A DNA stretch of 64,000 nt from Anaeramoeba ignava BMAN (lineage: Eukaryota > Protista > Anaeramoebae): the NCBI GenBank assembly GCA_028826165.1, contig JAPDFW010000053.1:310001-374000 (forward strand). Direction: 5' to 3'. The notes below the pieces were generated by a model. It searched no databases and was not told the origin of the DNA. It worked only from the letters and a program-made list of their open reading frames with translations. A program made the translations under genes and the position numbers. Numbering within the stretch: the first letter of the stretch is position 1; each line of letters begins with the position of its first letter. Shown piece after piece: positions 50,501 through 59,665 of the stretch.

Positions 50501-53500
50501 AATCATGAATAAATCACCTTGGTATTATTTCGAGGTTCTGCTTGTGGAGCTTCTGTGGCAGAGCGATGCAATCGATAATCTGGGGATGAAAATTATAAAA
50601 TTTAGAGGTGTTCCAATGAAGAAAATACTCGACAAATACAAGATTTACACAAATTTTGAAATCATCAACTTATGGGTGGAATTTGCAGGATATCTCAAAG
50701 AGAATAACAGATTGCTTCCTATTGTCCTACAAATTATTTGCTCAATTTATTTCTTGTGTCTTTTTAAGGGAGAAATAACGTTGGACATGATTAATGATTC
50801 TTATTGGTTCGGAATTTATCTTTTTGAACTAACCAAAAAATCTATTGATGAGATCAAAAAGCAGATTATGGAGGTTATTGAGTACGAACTTGAGGAAGCA
50901 ACAGGATCAATCAAAAATCCCAAAAAACATAAGCATAAAGAAGGTGTTATTCGCGATTACAACGCGGAAATAACAAAGATGTACCAATCAATGAAAACTT
51001 GGTTCACACACACAAGTATTGAGCGTTTGATTCCTGAGCCGATCACGTATAACCACAACGAATTTCTAAGTTTGATTCACTCCAATCTTTTGAATCCGAA
51101 TAAAAACAAATGGGATCTTAAAACACCAACTGATGAAAATATCCAGAAATTGCACAATTCCTTATGGTTTCATCTTATCAATTTGCAGAATATTTTCAAC
51201 GATATTTACACGAATATTCAGTTTATCGAGGATCTCCCAAGCTATGTGCATTTCTTGGTTAAAAAGGTACTCAAACCAAGGATGAACTACCCGCCACTGA
51301 TGCTCAAGATGGTTCTTTACCAAAATCTTGTTTTACAAAACCGATCGCAAATGAACCAATTCAATCTAACAACAATTAACGCACCATTGCTTAACTTGTA
51401 TCCCTTATTCGTTCTTGACGGGAAAATTTACCCGCAAATTGAGGAAGATCTGCAAAAACGCCAACCAATTATTATGGATTCAGCGCGTAAATTCGCGTCT
51501 TTCAAAACACATCACGAATCACTAAATAGGGATTATTTGGAATTAAGTACAAGTTTGTATGAAAATGTTCCAACAACCGAAACAGTGTACCGAACTTGCA
51601 CTTACACAACAACTTACACCGATTCAAACGGAAACACACAGACTCAATACCACAGTCATCAAGTCGCGTTTACTTTCTACATCACAAGAGTGGAGAAAAA
51701 TACAAGCATTGAATCGAAAATGATCTATAATCGCAAAGAAGCAGAAACTTATTTGGTTCCTGCCAAAAACCCAAACAACACTCTTGGATTCAACAACATT
51801 TCAACTTATATGATCTATTTGGATTTTGCGGATCAGTCCGTTGATATTGCCAAAAAACAACAATTCCAACTACAGGATTATCCGATCGATGATCTCTGGA
51901 AAAAATCGATCAATTGGTTCTACAAAATGCTTAATTTCGACTCTTCTTCTTCGGAGCTTAAAGAATACCCATTGGCTCAATTGCTCATCAAAGAGTTCAC
52001 ATACATCATTGGCATGCAATTCATCCGAAACAACCACGAGCAGTTAGACGCGGTTGCCCAGATTATTATAGATCATCCTGCTCACATCCCACGAATTGCG
52101 CCGCTTTTTAATCCTCAGTTAATCCCCAAACGCACGCTTGATTATTACTCCAGAATCATGCAAACCTATGTGCGACATGAAGAGTCACTTTGCTCGCCTG
52201 TTTTGTTATCTTTCCAATTCAACGAGTGGCTTGAATCAAAACCAAATCAAGATGAGATAAAGCGGGCAATCGCAATTTTCTTGCAATATTCACGCAAAGA
52301 AATATTCAGAATATATCCCGTTCTTGCAACATTCAACACTCAATCTTTGTTGATCATGTGTATCTTTGAATATCCAAAAAATTTGATTCCTGTTATTGAG
52401 CAAGTAATGGCAACTACACTGGAAAAGCAGGCAATTCCCGCTTTGTGGGACATTTTTGCGCAGCTTCCGTTTGCCAAATTACAGCTGCAAGACGTCCAAA
52501 AAATTGTCTCAATGATTTCTCAACCACTTATTACAACTCTTACCCAGATGATCACTAACCAAACCCTTTATGATTACTTCGAATCGGATTTGCTGACTTC
52601 CTTGATGCGCTTTTTTGAAGCCTTTATTGTTTCCATTTGCCAGAACCCTCAAATTGTGCCAATCAGCAGGGAATTCAGTCCTTCACTTTCATCGCAAATA
52701 CTCTACAATCTATATATTCCTTTTATCGGTTCTGTTATTCTGAATTCGCAGCAATTTCCCGCATTCCGTGAGAATTCTTCCTTTGTGGATCAAGCCTTCA
52801 TGTCTTTTTGCAGATCCCTCTCAACACTCCAAACAGTGTATCAATGGAGCTTGATTGAATTTATGAACTTTTTTTATACTACTCTTTCCAAAATGAACAT
52901 TCCTTACGTAATTTCCAAGTATTTCCAACATTTTTCCTCAATATCCAACTGGGAACAAACAATACCCACCATGGAATTCATCAACCAACTGCTCATGTTG
53001 AGCGTAACTGCTCACCAGGATTTGATCCGCATTGTCGTATCGCGACTTCCATGGAAGCAAACCGAACAATCTCTTGTTGATCCGCAAAATCCACAGTCTT
53101 TTTTCTTCTACGAGACTCTTTTCCAAATCATTCTCAATTTGATCCAGCGTTATCAGCGCTTCTCCGATGCAAACTACGCCCGGATTTTCCTCAATTTTCT
53201 TGATATTGTCTCCAAATCACTTTCCTGGGAAAATCTCAACGCAAATGCTTATCAATCACTTCTTGAATCATCCACTGCTGATCCGAATTTCATGCAATAC
53301 AACCGTCGCGAGAAACTTGATTTTTCAAATGAATTCACTTCCCAGAAATTCCCTCCAAATATCACCAATCTCGAGCAACGCGGATTCACTTTAATCAACG
53401 CTATCCGCAAAATCGGTTTTTTTGACAACGATATCAACTACGATCACATCATACCATTCATTCAATTCGTCACAAATCTTCTTCTCGCTTCAGCCCAAAT

Positions 53501-54629
53501 CATCCGTACTGAACCAATCGAAGAACAAGAAGGCTTTTGGAAAAGACTTTTCAAAAGGAAAAAGAAAATTGATCTTGGTCCCGAATTCGCAAAAGTCCCC
53601 CTATTTGCGATCCCCTTTTCTGAGAAAAATTTCACTCTCGTCTTCATGGATCTCATCCGCGTTGCCCTCATCGATGTGACGCAAGACAAGCATAATCTGA
53701 TGTTCGTGTTCGACGCCTTCTCTCTCCAAAATGCCCAAGTCTCTCTTCTTCTTCTCAAGGGCTGCTCAGACTATTTGGAAAATAATCCGCGCGTTTCCCA
53801 CAAAATTATTTTTTCTTCATGCGAAAAAATTCGCAATTTAGATGACTTTGTCGTTGTTTCTGAGAAGGCCCACGATTGCTTCTTCCCCATAAAAGACAAC
53901 TATTCAATGTTTCTTGATCACTTTGGTTTGATTGATGTTGATGAGAATGCGCTTGTCAAATCATCTATCGAAAATTCTTCATTTCTCTCCTTTTTCACTT
54001 TTGTCACAAAAAGACTCAAAGATAACAACAACTCAATTGGAATCCCAGACACTTTTTCGTTGCTGGACAAAATTCTCTCCTTGTTAGTAAACGCAAACCT
54101 GCAATTCCGTTATGAATTCAAGTTCTTCTATTTATTCGATCTTTTTATTCGAGGAATTGATTCACTTTTCCATCAAGATAATACAGATTTCAACCAAAAA
54201 TTCGCTGATAAACTCAAACTTCTCCAGGAAAAACTCCAGAATTTAACCAAGAAAAAGGGATGCAAAAAAATTATCGAAGGAATGGACAAAAAAGATGAAG
54301 TTAGTTCTCAATGTTTGATTTCTTTCCAACTTCTCAAAATTGCTTTTGAACTTGTTTTTCCAAATTGTTTAAAAAATAAGAAAACAAAAGAATCTTACCA
54401 AAAGGATTTTAACAATATTCTAAATGCAAAAAAGAATTCTGTTTTCAGACCCCAAATCGAGAAGATTGAATCTATTTTTTCTTTCAAATCTCAAGATATT
54501 ACTCCTCCTCAAATTATCAATTTACTTATAAGAGAACTATTTGTTAATTTTATTTCGAACGGAAATGATTATTTTATTGCTTTTCTTGATGAATCTCGAA
54601 AAAATGGAGAATGGATTATTTTGAAATGA
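47532..54629 (+). CDS. EPG5: EPG5 (ectopic P-granules autophagy protein 5) homologue, intronless, 2365 aa
   Basis: Size and helical character fit. Recalled EPG5-like motifs: LFFFER..FNSSLHVWI..LFVFFHLLTTPHSGKW, LFAEFPFTKWQI, HESLNRDYLELSTSLYEN, IAPLFNP. Confidence 0.8.
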   Translation: MDFFVFDQQNNPVTKFLPDFQSFLSPTKDEFHNLLYNFYVASIAKLKVDKKIAKIKTKSEHREDKLWRMENRTQTQSKFCHGNNLTASVTYKVAIYDTDMAKKLIKTYTKSVNRCHNKLSEATTRMESTETKVGLYLQRVFQSIPFSNLHKDDNANLHLIQKLRSLLNHLFFFERLSIEKGDVYYDRFNSSLHVWINNVSLRLYEIGSSSQMLFVFFHLLTTPHSGKWSMNLIYINENFDYDKMNYLKTLLKFVLHPLIKSTKLSEKPFYLLEPDFVLHLINLPFSNFFGYLFAIPGELGFSVASGIVQDFVWILMDAVVRFEKYLDFRKSIADLLLHFVWLFDEFSHKINTPDAQRDFPKIIDELVVKPILQISACQDKSVLFHFTDLPFYSLSVFAGFRIMNFFVTSSDQNPPTTSQQWYQLLTNDPNLFERFGSLLQSSKGSHSMFIILANLAVFLNLPDFAMCVIDLIFRVSCIVDISKEKMFPHGRKSLTTIMIKYPFLISNVLTLTSQYINVLGSRSMELFAEFPFTKWQINPTDIGTIQAYLDMGKDSIQFVFGCWLVDHIIWGISPEIENIGVLNDTGTQLQIIPRVLGVFFRNIKDKRICNWCWRAFYRFNVYTKLGDPSGILFKYPTDPLLDLTPHFPKDKKQTLEPIVAFVGLMFFDIDNASTWDNFANTLIRAKEFYSVIKVLHTRVPQVLKNNNDPSFKKEISSLIDIIRPLLKIDKFNTHIEEKKVNFKRSNALASMIESLIINRMHYRMNDLPKDQNFTINTIPNQDFDINSVANQENQNQENIENQENIENQENIENQENQENQENQENNENQNIENNENIENQNIENLQIQNIENIQNYQDQTQSLNTSQIQFQFKSQNPTQNQEENNNLNNNLNNNPKNNNPVSLEKMIQFWLCFFESIPKWNKDKKIIKYLDTIFRSAFLCQERPIITKFIAKQYGKIATGKKKTGLFSKKEKQVTLIDVGSTFMHRGRTKIMNKSPWYYFEVLLVELLWQSDAIDNLGMKIIKFRGVPMKKILDKYKIYTNFEIINLWVEFAGYLKENNRLLPIVLQIICSIYFLCLFKGEITLDMINDSYWFGIYLFELTKKSIDEIKKQIMEVIEYELEEATGSIKNPKKHKHKEGVIRDYNAEITKMYQSMKTWFTHTSIERLIPEPITYNHNEFLSLIHSNLLNPNKNKWDLKTPTDENIQKLHNSLWFHLINLQNIFNDIYTNIQFIEDLPSYVHFLVKKVLKPRMNYPPLMLKMVLYQNLVLQNRSQMNQFNLTTINAPLLNLYPLFVLDGKIYPQIEEDLQKRQPIIMDSARKFASFKTHHESLNRDYLELSTSLYENVPTTETVYRTCTYTTTYTDSNGNTQTQYHSHQVAFTFYITRVEKNTSIESKMIYNRKEAETYLVPAKNPNNTLGFNNISTYMIYLDFADQSVDIAKKQQFQLQDYPIDDLWKKSINWFYKMLNFDSSSSELKEYPLAQLLIKEFTYIIGMQFIRNNHEQLDAVAQIIIDHPAHIPRIAPLFNPQLIPKRTLDYYSRIMQTYVRHEESLCSPVLLSFQFNEWLESKPNQDEIKRAIAIFLQYSRKEIFRIYPVLATFNTQSLLIMCIFEYPKNLIPVIEQVMATTLEKQAIPALWDIFAQLPFAKLQLQDVQKIVSMISQPLITTLTQMITNQTLYDYFESDLLTSLMRFFEAFIVSICQNPQIVPISREFSPSLSSQILYNLYIPFIGSVILNSQQFPAFRENSSFVDQAFMSFCRSLSTLQTVYQWSLIEFMNFFYTTLSKMNIPYVISKYFQHFSSISNWEQTIPTMEFINQLLMLSVTAHQDLIRIVVSRLPWKQTEQSLVDPQNPQSFFFYETLFQIILNLIQRYQRFSDANYARIFLNFLDIVSKSLSWENLNANAYQSLLESSTADPNFMQYNRREKLDFSNEFTSQKFPPNITNLEQRGFTLINAIRKIGFFDNDINYDHIIPFIQFVTNLLLASAQIIRTEPIEEQEGFWKRLFKRKKKIDLGPEFAKVPLFAIPFSEKNFTLVFMDLIRVALIDVTQDKHNLMFVFDAFSLQNAQVSLLLLKGCSDYLENNPRVSHKIIFSSCEKIRNLDDFVVVSEKAHDCFFPIKDNYSMFLDHFGLIDVDENALVKSSIENSSFLSFFTFVTKRLKDNNNSIGIPDTFSLLDKILSLLVNANLQFRYEFKFFYLFDLFIRGIDSLFHQDNTDFNQKFADKLKLLQEKLQNLTKKKGCKKIIEGMDKKDEVSSQCLISFQLLKIAFELVFPNCLKNKKTKESYQKDFNNILNAKKNSVFRPQIEKIESIFSFKSQDITPPQIINLLIRELFVNFISNGNDYFIAFLDESRKNGEWIILK

Positions 54630-54652
54630 TTAAAAATTCAAAAAGGAAAAAG
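54627..54652. repeat. 26-bp direct repeat, identical to 56873-56898
   Basis: tgattaaaaattcaaaaaggaaaaag is present at both sites, and the flanking bases differ. Confidence 0.9.
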
Positions 54653-54795
54653 AAAAAAAGATTATTTTTAAAAAGAAAAAAAGATTATTTTTAAAAAGTG
54701 GAAAATTTTGATTTTTGATTTTCGCTTTTTTAATTAAAAAACAAAAACAGAAAAAAATTTTTTCTTTTTTCTTTTTTCATTTTTTTAAAAAAAAA

Positions 54796-56879
54796 ATGGA
54801 CAAAACACAAAAAAAATATCTTTATAAAAAAATAAATTTTTCCTTTATTCAAACATCCAAAAATTCTTTTGAATCATCAATCAAATTTCCAGATACAATA
54901 ATCTATTGTGGATCAAACAAAACTCAATTTAAATGCCATAAATCCATTCTTTCTTCTCATTCAAATTATTTTGATTTAGCTTTTAAAGAAAATTCATTTA
55001 ATAAAGTTTTTTTTCCAAATATTTCAAAACAAACAATGAAAGGAATTTTGGATTTTATTTACACATCTGAACTTGATTTTTCTGGACTCAGTCCATTAGA
55101 AATTTGGAAAACTTCTCAAATGTTTAAATTAGATGAATTAACTCAAATAACTGAAGATGAAATGAGTCAAAATTTAAATCAAGATTTTGTTTTTGTTATT
55201 CTTCAAGAAACAAGAAAAAAAGAAAAATCTAATTTGGAACTAGAATGTTATGAATGGATTGAAGATCATTTTCAAGATTTTTTAGAAAGTCAAAAAATAC
55301 ATCTTTTATCAAGTAAACAATTAATGGATGTAATTGAAATCCGAATCAAATATCATTCAGAAATGGATCTTGAAACAGTTTTTCTTTTATTGAATAATTG
55401 GAAAAAATCTCGAAAATCAAGTAATCAAGGTTTATCTGAATTTCGTCAGTTAAAAACATCTTCCAGATTCAAAGAAATTGTTACTTCCCTTGCAAATGAT
55501 TTTTTTCAAAAGAAAAAGAATCCAAAAATTCTTGGTTCTGATTTTTTTGATTTGATTCCACAAGAAATTCTTTTAAAAGCTGAATGTGGAATCCAAATTG
55601 GTGCTAAAAGAAATAAAGTGGAAAATCGAGAAGAAGCAAAAAAAGAATTCCAAAAACTCAAGCAAATTCGTATTCTTTCGAGAAAATCAGCAAAATCTAA
55701 TTTAGAAATTAAATCACTTCTTGATTCAAATGAAAAATATTTAAATCAAATTGAAAATCTAAAAAAAGAAAAAAAGCAAATGAAAGAAAAGATCACAAAT
55801 CTTGGATCCAAATTTGAAATTGAAAAAGAAAATTTACAAAAGCAAAACCAAAATCTTTTCCAAAAAGTAGGATTACTTGAGGATTCTTTGAATGAAAACA
55901 AAAAAGAAAAAGAAAAACTCAAAAAAAGATGTTCTCAATACCAAAGTACTATTAATTCAAATGAATCAAGATATCAGGATTTAAAACAGAGGCTTCTTGA
56001 TACGAAATCCAAATTTGAAATTGAAAAAGAAAATTTACAAAAACAAAACCAAAATCTTTTCCAAAAAGTAGGATTACTTGAGGATTCTTTGAATGAAAAC
56101 AAAAAAGAAAAAGAAGAACTCAAAAAAAGATGTTCTCAATACCAAAGTACTATTAATTCAAATGAATCAAGATATCAGGATTTAAAACAGAAATTTATCA
56201 ATCTTGAAATGGAAATGAAGCAAAGAAAAGAAGAAAAAGTAAAAGAAAACTTCATAGATAAAGAAACAAAAACAGAACTTAATCACCAATTAGCAATTAT
56301 TGCACAAAATGGAGATTTATCCAAAGTTATGAATTGTATTAAGCAAGGTGCAGATCCTCATTATGAATCTCAAAAAGGAATTAAACTAATGCATTTTTTT
56401 GCTATGAAAGCTTCTGTTAGTGATTTCAAATCTTTTTTACAAAAAACTCAAACAACACTTGATAACAGTAAAACAAATTTTGGATGGTCGATTTTCCATT
56501 TTGCTGCACATGGAGGAAATAAAGAGTTGTATCGTTGGTTGAAGAAAAAGTTGAGAAAAGATCCAAAAATTGTGAATGTTGGTTTAAGGTTTGTTAATTA
56601 AAAAAAAAATTGGAAAAAAAAATAATTCTTATTTTTTCCCTAATTCTCTTTTTTTTCTTTTTTTTTTCAAAATTTAGTTTTACTCCTTTTGGATTAAGAT
56701 TATCAGGATTTTATTGTGATAAATGCCATGCAAGTCCTATTATTGGAACAAGATATCATTGTTTAATTTGTGAGAATTTTGATCTTTGTGAATTTTGTAA
56801 AGATTCTCAATTTGGAAGACATAGAATTACACATCCATTAGAAAAAAATGAACCTCAAACAGAATTTAATTGTGATTAA
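54796..56879 (+). CDS. BTB - coiled coil (201-bp internal duplication) - ankyrin - ZZ zinc finger protein; intron 56589-56677
   Basis: BTB FKCHKSILSSHSNYF..ILDFIYT, ankyrin GWSIFHFAAHGGN, ZZ CDKC..IIGTRYHCLICENFDLCEFC..H..H. The duplicated segments are ~55807-55989 and ~56008-56190. Confidence 0.88.
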
Positions 56880-57005
56880 AAATTCAAAAAGGAAAAAGTG
56901 GAATATTCAACAAAAAAAATTTTTTTTTTCTTTAATTTCAATTAATCAAAACTAATCGATTTAAAAAAATAAAAAGCAAAAAATAAAGAAATATTTTTTT
57001 TTAAA

Positions 57006-57099
57006 TTAAATTTTTTGATAATTTTTTGAATCTATTTGAGGATCAAATTCAAAACCATCATTTTCCTTTCGATTTATATTCTCATCAAAAGCATCATTT

Positions 57100-57130
<31 letters not shown>

Positions 57131-58266
57131 CATTATCATTATCATTATCTAAATCTAAATCTTTGTCTTGTTGTTGATTATTATTACTTTTAAGATCATC
57201 TTCTGAAATGAATTCTTTTAAGTTTTGTTCTTTTTGTAATTTTTTTTTGTTGAGATGTCTTTTATGTTCTGCATATAAAAGAGATAATTTTAATTCCTCT
57301 TTTTTATCCTTTTCATGTTTGCAACGAAAAATTTGAGGAATTTTTTTTCGAACTTTTGAATCAAAAATAACAAATATTAAAAAATCCAAAAAACCTTGAG
57401 AAGGAGAAAAAATTGCCTGCATAATATCTAAAAAACGGATTTTATTAGGTTTTCCCAAAATGATTTCTCTTGTTCTTTTTATTGTTGACCATAATATAAC
57501 AAGCAAATAACAAAATCCAAGTGATGATATTCTGATTTGCATTTTCAAAATTCGAGCACCTTTTGGATTTTTTTGATCTGGAAATAATTTTTTGATATTC
57601 AAATAAGATTTGCGAATTACTTTAATTGTTAATATATATAATGTAAAACAGATGAGAAGTGCCATCCAATAAAATGAATAAAAAAGAGTTTTAAAATTTG
57701 GTTCTGTTGCCCAACACCTAATTAATCAACATATAAAATCGATTTTAATTTTATAAATTAATTTTAATTTTATAAATGAATTTTAATTTTATAAATGAAT
57801 TTTAAATTTAATTTTTTGGATCAAAATTATTTAAATTTTAAAAGTACCATTTTGTTGTTTGAGCTTTAATATTAGCTTTAGCTAAAGCAGCAAAGAAAAC
57901 AACAATTAAAATTACAGAAATAAGAATATGAAAAAACCAATAAATTTTATTCAATCTTTTCAAAGACCAAGATTTAACAATCCTCAAATAAACAATAATG
58001 GAAATAGCCATTGTCCAACAAGGTATAGCAACGCCGAAAGTATAAACCCACAAACCTTGTGGACGACATATTTTTGGTAAATTGCTTCCTGGAATTATAT
58101 ATCCTGTTGATACAATAAAATCATAAACTGAAAGAACACATAATGATTTCCGAAAAAATGTCCGAAATGACTTCACTCTTAAATATAATAATATTATTAC
58201 TAATGCTCCAAATGCTCCTAAACTAGCAGAAATTGTGGATAGAATTATTACTGAATCTGTTACCAT
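57006..58266 (-). CDS. cAMP-receptor-like (CAR/Crl, GPR157-type) GPCR; intron 57847-57718
   Basis: Seven hydrophobic helices. LSVYDF, ICRPQG, WTMAIS, WCW (formed by splicing) and PSQGFLDFLIF are typical of this family. Confidence 0.87.
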
Positions 58267-58339
58267 TTGTAAATTAATGAAATAATCTTTTTATTATTTT
58301 GGAAAAAGAAAAAAATAAAATTTTTTTTTTCTCAATTTT

Positions 58340-59600
58340 TCGCTTCTTTTTTTTTTTTTTTTGATGAAATAAAATCAAAAAATACTTCATCTCATTTATT
58401 TAAAATTATATTTAATTAATATCTAAAATAATAAAATTTTTCTCATTAAATTATTTTATTTTTAATTTTTTTTTTTTTTTGATGAAATAAAATCAAAAAA
58501 TACTTCATCTCATTTATTTAAAATTATATTTAATTAATATTTAAAATAATAAATTAATTTTCCTTATTAAATTTTATTATTAAATTATTAAATATATTTT
58601 TAATTAATTTTATATTAATAATTTTAATTGAATTAATTAATAATTTATTAATAATATTTATTTAAAATTATATTTAATTAATATTTAAAATAATAAATTA
58701 ATTTTCCTTATTAATTTTATTATTAAATTATTAAATATATTTTTAATTAATTTTATATTAATAATTTTAATTAAATTAATTAATAAATTTATTAATAATA
58801 TTTATTTAAAATTATATTTAATTAATATTTAAAATAATAAATTAATTTTAATTTTTATTTAAATTTTATTAATTTTAAATTATTTATTAATAAATATATA
58901 TTTATTTAAAATTAATAAATTAATTTTCCTTATTAATTTTTATTAAATTATTAAATTATATTTAATTAATAAAAATAATAATTTAAAATTAATTTTCCTA
59001 AAATAATAAATTAATTTTCCTTATTAAATTTTATTATTAAATTATTAATTATATTTTTAATTAATTTTATATTAATAATTTTAATTAAATTAATTAATAA
59101 TTTATTAATAATATTTATTTAAAATTATATTTAATTAATATTTAAAATAATAAATCAATTTTCCTTATTAATTTTTATTATTAAATTATTAAATATATTT
59201 TTAATTAATTTTATATTAATAATTTTAATTAATTAATTAATTTTTAATTAAATTTTATTTAATTAATTTATCTAAAATAATAAATCAATTTTCCTTATTA
59301 AAATTTTATTATTAATTATATTTTTAATTAATTTTATATTAATAATTTTAATTAAATTAATTAATAATTTATCAATAATATTTATTTAAAATTATATTTA
59401 ATTAATATTTAAAATAATAAATCAATTTTCCTTATTAATTTTTATTATTAAATTATTAATTATATTTTTGATTAATTTTATATTAATAATTTTAATTAAA
59501 TTAATTAATAATTTATTAATAATATTTATTTAAAATTATATTTAATTAATATTTAAAATAATAAATCAATTTTCCTTATTAATTTTTATTATTAAATTAT
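58340..59600. repeat. Almost pure-AT tandem array, ~130-144 bp unit, ~9 copies
   Basis: The anchor ttccttatta recurs at about 58560, 58703, 58927, 59017, 59161, 59291, 59428 and 59572. Confidence 0.85.
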
Positions 59601-59665
59601 TTTTTTGTTTATTTTACCATTTTTTTTTTCATTTTTTTTTTTCCATTTTTTTCTTTTTTTTTAAA

